Shown: piece by piece, positions 16,532 through 25,854 of the stretch
Numbering within the stretch: the first letter of the stretch is position 1
Layout: every line of letters starts with the position of its first letter
DNA from: a virus
Lineage: Duplodnaviria > Caudoviricetes
IMG/VR virus record: IMGVR_UViG_3300037067_002168
Location: 24,189-88,188 of that record
Length of the DNA stretch: 64,000 bases
Direction: 5' to 3' (one strand)
Notes under the pieces: generated by a model
The model's input: the letters and a program-made list of their open reading frames with translations, nothing else
Told to the model about the DNA's origin: nothing
Databases searched by the model: none
Program-made: the position numbers and the translations under genes

Positions 16532-18484
16532 ATGCACTATCACTTTCGCAATGTAAACACGGCATTCAAGGGTATTCTGGAGGCAATTGAGTATCCAAAC
16601 GCAGTTCTCCAGGGCCTCAAAACTCGATTCTGCAACAGTCGTGCTGGGTCTGTACGTATGGTTGACGAACCAGTCACAGTTACTTACGAGCGACCAGTAG
16701 AACGAGTGCTGTTTAATCCAGCCAGAGACGCAAACCCGTTCTTCCACGTTTTTGAGAGCCTTTGGATGATTGCTGGCCGTAACGATGTTAAACCGTTGGC
16801 CTACTATAACAGCAAGATTGCTGAGATAGCTAGCGACGACGGTGAAACTTTCAACGGTGCTTACGGCTATCGGTGGAGACATTCGCCGGTTGGCCACTTA
16901 GAGTATGAAGGAACTTCCATTATTGATCAACTCAAACTCATTACCAATCAACTCAAACAAAAGCCGGAGAGCCGTCGCTGTGTTTTGCAAATGTGGGGGA
17001 TTGAAAATGATCTATTAAGGATAGATGATACTAAAGATGTCTGTTGTTTAGCTGGAGAAACGAAGTTTAGATCACCAGAAGGAGATATTTGTATTTCAAG
17101 TCTTGCTAAAAACTTTCAAGATAGAAAGGGATACAAGTTTCCTGTTTACAGTGTAGATACAATTACTGGCGATCAGAGATTGTGTTGGATGACCAATGTT
17201 TGGAGAGTTGGCACAAAGCCAGTGCTCAGACTTAGATTTGATGATGGTTCTTCGATCCGGCTAACCTCGGATCATAAGGTGTTTAGAAAACATTGGCTAT
17301 ATGAGAATGGCAAGCGAACAGGATTAGGTGTTGAGGAGTGTTGTGCTGGTGACTTGAACCCTGGCGATCGGTTACTAGCTGAAATGTCCAAAACAGCTAA
17401 GTACCGTTCTTTAGGGGGAGGCTATCGCACGTTTAGGAGAAATCTGTTTGTTGGAACAGAGCATAGAAATATGGTGTATGAACACCGAGAATATGTGGCT
17501 TTAGCCCTGGGACTGGTTTCCCATAAAGATGGATATTCAATTCATCACATAGATGGTAATAAGCAAAATAACTGTCTGGTTAATCTCTGTCAAATAGAGA
17601 CTGGAAAGCATCTAGCAATAGGTAAGTGCGGAGTAGCTAATCCATACTACAAACGATCTAAAGAATCTAAGACCCAGTTTCAACAATCTGGCCTAGCTGC
17701 TATTCAGGAATTGAGGAGACAGTTGCCTAATGAGTTGAGAAAAGCTCTATTCACTAAGTCGGCTTGCCGGTCTGTAGAGCAACAAGTTATAGTCGAAGAA
17801 TACCGCAGTTCAAAGAGTAACCATAAAATCACGGCCATTGAAGATGGTGGTGTTATGCCTGTTTACGATTTCACTGTTCCTGGCAGACATAATGCTGTTC
17901 TCGACAATGGTGTGGTAGTCCATAATTGCAATACTCATGCCTACTTTGCTTTGCGCGACGGGCGTTTAGACATGACTGTCTGCAACAGATCGAATGATCT
18001 AATTTGGGGAATGTTGGGAGCCAATGCAGTTCACTTCAGTTTTCTAATTGAATATCTAGCTGCTTGTATTGGAGTTGAAGTAGGTGTCTACAATCAATTC
18101 ACCAACAACCTACACGCCTATACCGATCGGTGGGAACCAGATAAGTGGTTGGCTGACTATCGAGAAGGCGAAAGTCAATCAGATAAGTGGTATGCCGATG
18201 GAAATTATCATCACGTTCCGCTGGTTAAGAATCCAGAGACTTTCGATAAGGAATGTGCTGCGTTTGTAGACAGTTGGCAAGGCACTTGGACAGAGCCGTT
18301 CTTGGCTAGTGTGGCAGCGCCGATGTGTAGGGCGTTTGATCTACACAAACTACGGCGATACAGCGAAGCGATTGCTGTTGCAGATTCTATCGCTGACGAT
18401 GCTTGGCGAATTGCTAGCCATGCCTGGATCGAACGTCGCCAACAGAATTGGGAGAAGCGTGATGCATCCACCAGTACTGACTAA
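16532..18484 (+). CDS. thymidylate-synthase-family dUMP hydroxymethylase (intein-containing)
   Basis: RDANPFFHVFESLW, GAYGYRWRH, SRRCVLQMW, spliced KDVC-CNTH, RSNDLIWG..GANAVHF (Asn indicates dUMP specificity); hydroxymethylase function inferred from context. Confidence 0.85.
   Translation: MHYHFRNVNTAFKGILEAIEYPNAVLQGLKTRFCNSRAGSVRMVDEPVTVTYERPVERVLFNPARDANPFFHVFESLWMIAGRNDVKPLAYYNSKIAEIASDDGETFNGAYGYRWRHSPVGHLEYEGTSIIDQLKLITNQLKQKPESRRCVLQMWGIENDLLRIDDTKDVCCLAGETKFRSPEGDICISSLAKNFQDRKGYKFPVYSVDTITGDQRLCWMTNVWRVGTKPVLRLRFDDGSSIRLTSDHKVFRKHWLYENGKRTGLGVEECCAGDLNPGDRLLAEMSKTAKYRSLGGGYRTFRRNLFVGTEHRNMVYEHREYVALALGLVSHKDGYSIHHIDGNKQNNCLVNLCQIETGKHLAIGKCGVANPYYKRSKESKTQFQQSGLAAIQELRRQLPNELRKALFTKSACRSVEQQVIVEEYRSSKSNHKITAIEDGGVMPVYDFTVPGRHNAVLDNGVVVHNCNTHAYFALRDGRLDMTVCNRSNDLIWGMLGANAVHFSFLIEYLAACIGVEVGVYNQFTNNLHAYTDRWEPDKWLADYREGESQSDKWYADGNYHHVPLVKNPETFDKECAAFVDSWQGTWTEPFLASVAAPMCRAFDLHKLRRYSEAIAVADSIADDAWRIASHAWIERRQQNWEKRDASTSTD
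17045..17926 (+). mobile_element. 294-aa intein with an HNH homing endonuclease
   Basis: N-terminal CLAGETK, block B LTSDHKVF, internal IHHIDGNKQNN..NL, C-terminal VYDFTV...VVHN followed by +1 Cys. Confidence 0.95.
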
Positions 18485-19031
18485 GAAGGACTTCGTTGTT
18501 CGATACCAGGCTAGTGAGTTCGGCAATCATTCGCCAACATGGAATAACTGGCAAGAATGGTTGGATGACGACGGGCGTAGGTTTGGTGATCTATTTCACA
18601 TTCGTAATCGGGTTGCTGGCGGTAAAACGTGGTACAATGTGCCCTATTATCTACTGGGTACTCAGTGGGAAGAATCTTGTAGAAATTGCGGCAGTTCTCT
18701 ACTGTATATTTCCGCGATGGCTCCACACCAATATAATCTCATTCAGGGTGAAGTACAACGTGGGATTTTTGGGCTCGATCTATATTACAGTCTTATAGTT
18801 GGAAAACCAATGAGAGAGGCTCTTGCCGAAGATGCCAGGAGTGTTTCAGGACTACAAGCGAAGGTTATAATAGACTATTTCCTGTGTCCCAATAGCTGTG
18901 AATGGATGAAAGTGCTACTGGATAGATATCAAGAACCGTCTCATGTAGTAGAGTTTACCACTCTTTCTGTAGAATGGGGCACTTTACCTGGATATAACAC
19001 ATTATTTTGGGAAGTAAGAGGTGGATATTGA
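18462..19031 (+). CDS. hypothetical protein coupled to the hydroxymethylase
   Basis: ATG 18462 overlaps the upstream gene end; globular 189 aa ending HVVEFT...FWEVRGGY. Confidence 0.7.
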   Translation: MHPPVLTKKDFVVRYQASEFGNHSPTWNNWQEWLDDDGRRFGDLFHIRNRVAGGKTWYNVPYYLLGTQWEESCRNCGSSLLYISAMAPHQYNLIQGEVQRGIFGLDLYYSLIVGKPMREALAEDARSVSGLQAKVIIDYFLCPNSCEWMKVLLDRYQEPSHVVEFTTLSVEWGTLPGYNTLFWEVRGGY

Positions 19032-19555
19032 CTATTCTTCTATCAGAAAAATACAAACGAAGATTTGAGTCTAAGTACATTCAGATGGGAGAAGACGATT
19101 GTTGGGAATGGATAGCATGTAAGTATCCATCTGGGTATGGGTGTTTTTCTGGCTCAGAACACTATGCCCATAGGGTGTCCTATTGTCTCTATATTGGTAG
19201 TATACCAAAAGGTGTATGTGTTCTTCACCATTGTGATAACCCATCTTGTGTTAATCCAAACCACCTATTCTTAGGACTTCAAGCAGATAATGTGAGGGAT
19301 ATGTTGCAAAAGAATAGGAGGGGAGATACAAGGGTTTATGGAAACCGGAATGGTGCCCGTATTCACCCAGAAATCAGACAGGGTGAGAATAATGGGAGTT
19401 CAGTTTTGACTGAATTAAGTGTAGTAGAAATTAGAAAGTTGTATACGAGAGATAGATATCATCACAGTAATATAAGGCAGTTATCTACGCGATTTGGCGT
19501 TTCTAGATCAACTATTAAGTCAATTGTAGCTAGCAAATCTTGGAAACATATCTAG
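19007..19555 (+). CDS. free-standing HNH homing endonuclease
   Basis: DCWEW...YAHRVSY...VLHHCDNPSCVNPNHL...DNVRDM; start codon uncertain. Confidence 0.9.
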   Translation: MGSKRWILTILLSEKYKRRFESKYIQMGEDDCWEWIACKYPSGYGCFSGSEHYAHRVSYCLYIGSIPKGVCVLHHCDNPSCVNPNHLFLGLQADNVRDMLQKNRRGDTRVYGNRNGARIHPEIRQGENNGSSVLTELSVVEIRKLYTRDRYHHSNIRQLSTRFGVSRSTIKSIVASKSWKHI

Positions 19556-19567
19556 GAGACAATAACG

Positions 19568-20089
19568 ATGCAAGATTATGTTCACCAATCGTTTGAACGG
19601 TGCGGTCAACTCTGGAACAGAACAGACATCCTACTCAAGATAGCAGAAGAACTGGGAGAGTTGGTGCAATCCTTTCGCAAGAAAGACAGTGATAGTCATA
19701 GACACGAGTTTGGCGATCTAGTGTTTTCTGTATTTGCTTTAGCCGAGCGTGAGGGATTTAACATCAACGATCAACTGTGTGCTGCCGTTGTTCGTTTCGA
19801 GAAACATTGTAGTTGTCTAGTTAGTAATCGAATCAAAGAGCAAGACAGGGATAGGATCAACGCCGGTGGATATTGCGAAACGAATGCTTTTGGCGATACG
19901 AGGGATGGACTTACGCCCACTTCTAGGATGATGTATGATTTACGAGAAGCGCGAGATTTACCTGAATTGACTGACGATTATCCTTACCGATGTATAGACT
20001 GCAATAGACAACCAACCCATAAAACCAATGGTCTAAGAGTTTGTCCAGATTGTATGGCTGTTCATAAACCAAAAATTATCCATAAATGA
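19568..20089 (+). CDS. MazG-like dNTP pyrophosphohydrolase with a C-terminal Zn-ribbon extension
   Basis: KIAEELGELVQ...HEFGDLVF acidic motifs; CIDC...CPDC tail. Confidence 0.8.
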   Translation: MQDYVHQSFERCGQLWNRTDILLKIAEELGELVQSFRKKDSDSHRHEFGDLVFSVFALAEREGFNINDQLCAAVVRFEKHCSCLVSNRIKEQDRDRINAGGYCETNAFGDTRDGLTPTSRMMYDLREARDLPELTDDYPYRCIDCNRQPTHKTNGLRVCPDCMAVHKPKIIHK

Positions 20090-20105
20090 ATCATAGAGAT
20101 ACGTA

Positions 20106-22346
20106 ATGCCAAAAATCAACAAAGAGCTACCAGAAAAATTACGTCCCTACGCCTTTCTAGGGCTGGACATAGTCTATCGTCCTGGAGAGAAGGACGTGAT
20201 GTGCGATTGTCCGTGGTGCGGTCGAGAGCAGAAGTTTGGTATCAACGCGGATACTGGTCAGTGGCGATGTTTTGTCTGTGGCGAAGGATCGGCGAAGGGT
20301 GGTGGCAATGTCGCTACGTTTTTGACGAAACTGTGGGAGATCAGTGATCGAACTACCAAGGACTATTCATGGATAATGGCCAGCAGAAGATTACTGTCTG
20401 CTGATACCCTAAGTTATTGGGGTACCATCCAATCTTGTGTTACTGGAGATTGGATCGTGCCTGGCTACGGCGTGGATGGTAAGATTCACCAACTCTACAA
20501 GTGCCTGTCTGTCAATGATAAATTACGTCTGCTACCGACGCCAACATTGGGACATCAATTGCATGGCGTCTACGACCAGCGTAAGTCCATCGTCTATCTA
20601 TGCGAAGGCCCCTGGGACGGTATGGCACTATGGGAGATGCTAGGTCGGGCGAAACCGACAGATAGTAGTGGGCTGGTCGCGACGGCCAGTGCTGATCGTA
20701 GTCTGCTGGCCTCTGCCTGCGTCCTGGCAGTGCCAGGGTGCAACGTATTCTTTGAGTCCTGGATGCCACTGTTTGCTGACAAGATCGTCCGGCTGATGTA
20801 CGATAGTGACCACCCAAGAAAGCATCCGCAGACGGGTAACATGACGCCTCCAACAGGTCTGACGGCTATGCAGAGAGTGGCAAGGATACTGGCGTCAGCG
20901 ACGACACCGCCGAAGTCGATCGAGTATCTTCGCTGGGGTGATCTTGGCTATGATCCAGACAAGCCTAGCGGTTATGACGTCAGAGACTATTTGACAGAAG
21001 GTAGATCAGTCTCTGACCGGGTAACAAGACTCGACGGGCTACTGAGCCGTCTCTCGCAAGTACCAGATGATTGGGTCGGAAAAGACCCAGATGGAAAGAC
21101 GGCGGCAAATCCTAAGCAACTGACTTGCCTATCCTGCTCCTCCTATACTAAATTGACGACAGCCTGGCGTAAGGCGCTGCGGTGGACTGATGGGTTAGAC
21201 CACGCTCTAGCCGTCATGCTCGCCTCGATCGCGTCGGTCAAGATATTAGGTGACCCCTTGTGGATTAAGGTGGTTTCTCCAGCGGCATCTGGCAAGAGCA
21301 CGCTTGCTGAAGCTGTGAGTGTTGCTAAAAAATACATAGTTGCGAAGAGTACGATTCGGGGGTTTCATTCTGGATTCAAGGAAGACGGGTCAGAGGGAGA
21401 GGATAATAGCCTACTGTCGCAGTTATTTGACAAGACTTTGATCATTAAAGACGGCGACACACTATTGCAAAGCCCGAATCTATCGCAGATATTGTCTGAG
21501 GCGAGAGACATCTACGACGGTACGTCAAGGACGAGCTACCGAAATAAGATGAGTAAGGACTACGAGGGCATAAGACTGACGATCATCCTGTGCGGGACTA
21601 GTTCATTGCGCGCCTTAGATTCGTCAGAGTTGGGCGAGCGGTTCTTGGACTGCGTGATCATGGACGCCATCGACGACGAGTTAGAGGATGAGATACTGTG
21701 GCGAGTGGCGAATCGGGCGGATCGATGTATGTCGATGGCAACGAACGGTGACGCTGAAAGTCAGTATGAGGCCGAGATGACGGCCGCCATGCGTATGACA
21801 GGCGGCTATGTAAACTGGCTGAGAGAGAACGCCGCTGAAGTTTTGGGTGGTATTATTATGCCCAGCGCCGCCAAGCGGCAATGTACGCGGTTCGGTAAGT
21901 TCGTAGCTCACATGCGCGCCAGGCCCAGTCTTCGCCAGGAGGAAGTGGCTGAACGGGAGTTCGCATCACGTTTAGTCAGCCAACTTACTAGGCTGGCTAA
22001 ATGTCTGGCTCTGGTGTTGAACCGGCCTACTGTAGATGATACAGTCATGTCTCGTGTTCGTCGTATAGCACTGGATACGAGTCGTGGGCAGACGTTATCT
22101 ATCGTGAGTCACCTATATGATTGCCCAGAGGGGCTAGAAAGCAGTAGCGTATCATTACTAACAGGCCGATCCGACGATAAGACGAAACCACTGTTACGAT
22201 TCTTACGGGCCATAGGAGCTATCGAATTATTTAACCCAGAATCATCGGGCGGGTTAAAACGTCGCCCGCGCTGGCGACTATCACCGAAGATGTATAAATT
22301 ATACACAGACACAGTAGTTATCAGCGATGTTAAAGATAACTCTTAA
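20106..22346 (+). CDS. DNA primase-helicase (Zn finger + TOPRIM + AAA/MCM-like ATPase)
   Basis: CPWC...CFVC, YLCEGPWDG, MYDSD, SPAASGKSTL, IIKDGDT, ELGERFL. Confidence 0.9.
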   Translation: MPKINKELPEKLRPYAFLGLDIVYRPGEKDVMCDCPWCGREQKFGINADTGQWRCFVCGEGSAKGGGNVATFLTKLWEISDRTTKDYSWIMASRRLLSADTLSYWGTIQSCVTGDWIVPGYGVDGKIHQLYKCLSVNDKLRLLPTPTLGHQLHGVYDQRKSIVYLCEGPWDGMALWEMLGRAKPTDSSGLVATASADRSLLASACVLAVPGCNVFFESWMPLFADKIVRLMYDSDHPRKHPQTGNMTPPTGLTAMQRVARILASATTPPKSIEYLRWGDLGYDPDKPSGYDVRDYLTEGRSVSDRVTRLDGLLSRLSQVPDDWVGKDPDGKTAANPKQLTCLSCSSYTKLTTAWRKALRWTDGLDHALAVMLASIASVKILGDPLWIKVVSPAASGKSTLAEAVSVAKKYIVAKSTIRGFHSGFKEDGSEGEDNSLLSQLFDKTLIIKDGDTLLQSPNLSQILSEARDIYDGTSRTSYRNKMSKDYEGIRLTIILCGTSSLRALDSSELGERFLDCVIMDAIDDELEDEILWRVANRADRCMSMATNGDAESQYEAEMTAAMRMTGGYVNWLRENAAEVLGGIIMPSAAKRQCTRFGKFVAHMRARPSLRQEEVAEREFASRLVSQLTRLAKCLALVLNRPTVDDTVMSRVRRIALDTSRGQTLSIVSHLYDCPEGLESSSVSLLTGRSDDKTKPLLRFLRAIGAIELFNPESSGGLKRRPRWRLSPKMYKLYTDTVVISDVKDNS

Positions 22347-22363
22347 ATCGAAGGACCAAAGCA

Positions 22364-23206
22364 ATGACCAAGCCAATTATCGAGCGAGCTAAACAAGTGT
22401 TTCAGGATTCTTACGGCGAAGGTCATTGGATCGATGTCGCTGTTGCATGTCTCGACGCTGCCCACCTACTCAACGATCCTGTACCAATGCTCACGGCGGA
22501 AGAGGTGCGAGAGATAGCGGCAAAGGCGCTACATGATGGTGGAGAATATATGATTGCAAATGCAATGAGGGCGGGAGATCGAAGCTTTGGAGCTACCTAT
22601 ATAGCCGTCAATGCTCTAGTCGGCCACATTCAGCGTGGAGGCTTGACAGAGGAACAAACAAAAGAGATTAAGAAACTGAATGTATTGAAAGAGGAAATCA
22701 AGTCACTCAAGGGGCAGTTAGCAGATATTGGCGTTGAAAAATATGGTTTGGAGTTGTTACAAACTTCATTTAATTGGGGCCACACGCGCCTTTGTGCAAT
22801 CAATGCAATACACCATGAATCTCAATGTACTTGTGGCAGAAGTATTATCGGACGTTTGATTGTTGCAGAAAATGCAGTCAAGAAGATGAAAACAGAAAAT
22901 GAGTTGTTTCACAAAAATGCTAAGGATAGAAACGGCCTAACTCCAGAACAAACGAAAGACTTGGAGCGGTGGGAGTTTGTGAATCATCTTCAATGGTACA
23001 ATAAAGTCGTAAGAGGTTATCGTTATCGTTGTGTAGATGTTCCTATCGATGGGAAACTTGGCGGCAATTTTGCATTCGCTGTTGATGCCGCTATCACTGA
23101 ATCGAAGAAGCCGAAGCCGATTACGCCAGAGCAAGCCAAGGCGGCTATCGACAGTGGCGACAAAGAGATTGTTAGGAAGTGGATTGAACAGGAGAAGAAG
23201 CAATGA
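22364..23206 (+). CDS. hypothetical protein
   Basis: 280-aa ORF, first of an overlapping accessory run. Confidence 0.7.
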   Translation: MTKPIIERAKQVFQDSYGEGHWIDVAVACLDAAHLLNDPVPMLTAEEVREIAAKALHDGGEYMIANAMRAGDRSFGATYIAVNALVGHIQRGGLTEEQTKEIKKLNVLKEEIKSLKGQLADIGVEKYGLELLQTSFNWGHTRLCAINAIHHESQCTCGRSIIGRLIVAENAVKKMKTENELFHKNAKDRNGLTPEQTKDLERWEFVNHLQWYNKVVRGYRYRCVDVPIDGKLGGNFAFAVDAAITESKKPKPITPEQAKAAIDSGDKEIVRKWIEQEKKQ

Positions 23207-23703
23207 AAACCGTTACTAAAAAAACTCGGTACAAGACAGAAGATGGCATGACGTTCGATAACCAAGAATCTGCGAAACGGCACGAGGAGTTTGCCTTGGC
23301 GATCAAGGATTATGAGAACGCCAAACACACGCTTGGAAAAATTCTTGCAGAACGATGCAAAACGGCTGATGGCAAAACATTTTCTTTTGGTTTATGGCAT
23401 AAATACTACTGGATCACTCCTGGATATTTCGCGTTGCCGCGAATCCTGGAGTGCGAGTTCTGGGGTACAAACTGGTCGTGGGACAGTAGCCACGACATTG
23501 ACGACATACGCGAAACCGATCCGGCAATTTGCCTGTTATTCTACCAGGACTGCAACGGACAAAAAATGGATCATGGGCAGCATATCTTGATTTCCGAACT
23601 GTATGCCGGCCGCGCCGCTGCGGATGCCGCCTTGAAAACGGCCCAGAAACAATGGCTTAACGAGAGAGCAAAAGAGGTTGAGGGAAAGGAAGGTGCGGAA
23701 TGA
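23203..23703 (+). CDS. hypothetical protein
   Basis: ATGA-coupled; RBS GGAG. Confidence 0.7.
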   Translation: MKTVTKKTRYKTEDGMTFDNQESAKRHEEFALAIKDYENAKHTLGKILAERCKTADGKTFSFGLWHKYYWITPGYFALPRILECEFWGTNWSWDSSHDIDDIRETDPAICLLFYQDCNGQKMDHGQHILISELYAGRAAADAALKTAQKQWLNERAKEVEGKEGAE

Positions 23704-23915
23704 GCTGTTGCGATAATAGCGGTCTGATATTTCCAACCGGTTGTTCGACGCGCAAGGAAGGCATATCACTTCGGGATTGGTTTGCAGGAATGGCCATGCA
23801 GGGAATTCTTGCATCATATTACCCATACAATCGCGGCAGTCCTCTTATAGGAAGAGAATCTTACGCGATTGCCGACGCGATGCTGGACAGCAGAAAAAAG
23901 GGCACCACACAATGA
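23700..23915 (+). CDS. small phage protein (RDWFAGMAMQG motif)
   Basis: LRDWFAGMAMQGIL...YAIADAML is a recurrent phage small-protein motif. Confidence 0.7.
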   Translation: MSCCDNSGLIFPTGCSTRKEGISLRDWFAGMAMQGILASYYPYNRGSPLIGRESYAIADAMLDSRKKGTTQ

Positions 23916-24304
23916 CGCACTCAGAGCGATGTGGACGCGAAGGAACACGCGACGTGATATTTGTGTTTCAGGTTCGCAATCGACAGATCATTAAAGAGCC
24001 GGATGGACGCGAATACGACGGCGAAGGATGGAGCCGCGTGTTCGATGATGACGAGCCAGAGGATTTGGATGCGGGTTATCTTTCCTTTGATGAGTTATAT
24101 GAGATTGATAACGAGTGCATTGTTGACACATGGGATACGGAGTCCGTATGGCTTGATCGTGAAGAAGCTGAGACGTTTGGTGAATGCAACTCACACAACT
24201 ACGGCGCAAAAAATAAAGATTGGCAAGTTTACGGAGTTCCTGCGAACGGGCAGCTTGCAAGGATACTTCAATCGCAAGACGCACAAAAGGATACCACACC
24301 ATGA
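23912..24304 (+). CDS. hypothetical protein
   Basis: ATGA-coupled acidic 130-aa ORF. Confidence 0.65.
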   Translation: MTHSERCGREGTRDVIFVFQVRNRQIIKEPDGREYDGEGWSRVFDDDEPEDLDAGYLSFDELYEIDNECIVDTWDTESVWLDREEAETFGECNSHNYGAKNKDWQVYGVPANGQLARILQSQDAQKDTTP

Positions 24305-24684
24305 CCCTAAAGCCAACTCCACCAGTAGTCGGGAAAATATGCGAGTACATTGACAGCGTGTTCAGCCTACAGCACACAAGGCCGGAAGATGCTACAGAAA
24401 TCGCAGATCTAATTGCCGAACATGACGCGGCGAAGGATGCGGAGATTGAACGGATGCGAGTGGAACTGGCCGAAGCCAATACGATTATCGACAAATTTCC
24501 AAAGACGGCGGATGGAGTGGTAGTCGCGCCCGGCGATGAAGTATGGGATGCTGATGCTGATCGGTGGCTGATTGTTGCGGACTTTGGCCTATGCTGCATT
24601 GCAGATGGCGAGGCGGTGTCGTGTGAAATAATTGACAGCCATTCAACCCGCGAAGCCAGCGAGAAGACAAAGGACGGTGCGTGA
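24301..24684 (+). CDS. hypothetical protein
   Basis: ATGA-coupled; PKTADGVVVAPGDEVW. Confidence 0.65.
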   Translation: MTLKPTPPVVGKICEYIDSVFSLQHTRPEDATEIADLIAEHDAAKDAEIERMRVELAEANTIIDKFPKTADGVVVAPGDEVWDADADRWLIVADFGLCCIADGEAVSCEIIDSHSTREASEKTKDGA

Positions 24685-24968
24685 TGAACACGAAACAAGA
24701 GATATGGCATGTTGGTTACAATGGACCAAGGTCTGTCCAATTTATTGAACTGTTTCCTCAGCCAAACGTGAAAGACAGAGCCGTGATTCTATTTCACGGT
24801 GTTCCCGAGGTTGTAGACGCTGCTGATTTGCACGAATCGAGAGCAGCTTGTTACCGTGAGGCAGGAAATAGGAAGCAGGCAATTGCATTCCAGGCCATGC
24901 AACAGGCGACTGAATGGTTTGCGAGTGCTGACAAGGTGGAGTCAGAAGAAGCAAAGGAAGGGGAGTAA
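24681..24968 (+). CDS. hypothetical protein
   Basis: Coupled ORF, 95 aa. Confidence 0.6.
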   Translation: MMNTKQEIWHVGYNGPRSVQFIELFPQPNVKDRAVILFHGVPEVVDAADLHESRAACYREAGNRKQAIAFQAMQQATEWFASADKVESEEAKEGE

Positions 24969-25259
24969 ATGATGGGAAAACGCGGAGAATTAACACGGCG
25001 TATCGAGGATCTGTCAAAAAGTCTTCTTGGCTACGAGATGGGGCTAACTGAGTTTCGATTGATGCCCTACATTTTGTACGTGATGGTCAACGAGCAGAGG
25101 ATCGATCCGAACAAGATCAATGCGGACGAACGCGATATTTTAGCTCGGTGGCGGCAGGCCGGGTATATCGAGGGCGGCGCAAGCGGCCTCAATATCACCG
25201 AGAACTTTTGGAACATTCTGTGCAAGATTGTTTTCGCTGGGTATGTCGATATTGCCTAA
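24969..25259 (+). CDS. hypothetical protein
   Basis: RBS GGAG, 96 aa. Confidence 0.65.
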   Translation: MMGKRGELTRRIEDLSKSLLGYEMGLTEFRLMPYILYVMVNEQRIDPNKINADERDILARWRQAGYIEGGASGLNITENFWNILCKIVFAGYVDIA

Positions 25260-25340
25260 TCGTAAAAATTGATCAATCTAGGGATGCAAAAATACTGTAG
25301 TTAGCCGCTGAGTTTATTAAAGCGTGGATGGAGTGATACA

Positions 25341-25517
25341 ATGAATCATGAGCGACTGATTTCAGAATTGAAACAACTGGTTCGTGATCCTGCGGATGGC
25401 CACTTGTACGGCGGTATAAAAAACAATAAGTATCCGTCGCGTTGGATGCCGGCGGTTTTAGTGCGAAAACAAACGATCCGCGCAATCTTGAAAGAATTAA
25501 GCGAGTGCAAGAAATAA
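25341..25517 (+). CDS. small hypothetical protein (58 aa; not in ORF track)
   Basis: GGAG-spaced ATG 25341, MNHERLISELKQLV... Confidence 0.45.
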   Translation: MNHERLISELKQLVRDPADGHLYGGIKNNKYPSRWMPAVLVRKQTIRAILKELSECKK

Positions 25518-25852
25518 TCGCCTCTATCCAGCGCGGATGTTACGCTTCTAAGGAGTTGCTGGACGCTGTCGAATTGGCTATAGACAGCAAAATGCCATTA
25601 GAATTACTAGATAGACTATTATTGGAAAAAGAGTCGATCAGAATTATCGGTTACGACCCAACTGGTGAACTACTCGGGGAGGATTATTGGAGAGACGCTG
25701 CCGGTGAACCGCGGGGATTAGACTGGCCCACACCCAAAGAGAAGGATCGACGTGGAAATAATAAGTCTATCCGCGAAGAATACAGAAGAGTCATTCCGAC
25801 AGTCGTAACTGATAGGCACCTGGGTAAATTAACAATAATGGATGCAGAGTAA
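25442..25852 (+). CDS. hypothetical protein (true start possibly ATG 25592)
   Basis: ORF track; overlaps the small ORF upstream. Confidence 0.4.
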   Translation: MDAGGFSAKTNDPRNLERIKRVQEIIASIQRGCYASKELLDAVELAIDSKMPLELLDRLLLEKESIRIIGYDPTGELLGEDYWRDAAGEPRGLDWPTPKEKDRRGNNKSIREEYRRVIPTVVTDRHLGKLTIMDAE

Positions 25853-25854
25853 CA

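Noticed and set aside
16532-18484. Ordinary thymidylate synthase thyA
   Set aside because: Cannot be excluded from motifs alone, but the downstream kinase and transferase need 5-hmdU, and the KDxxCNTH form matches phage hydroxymethylases
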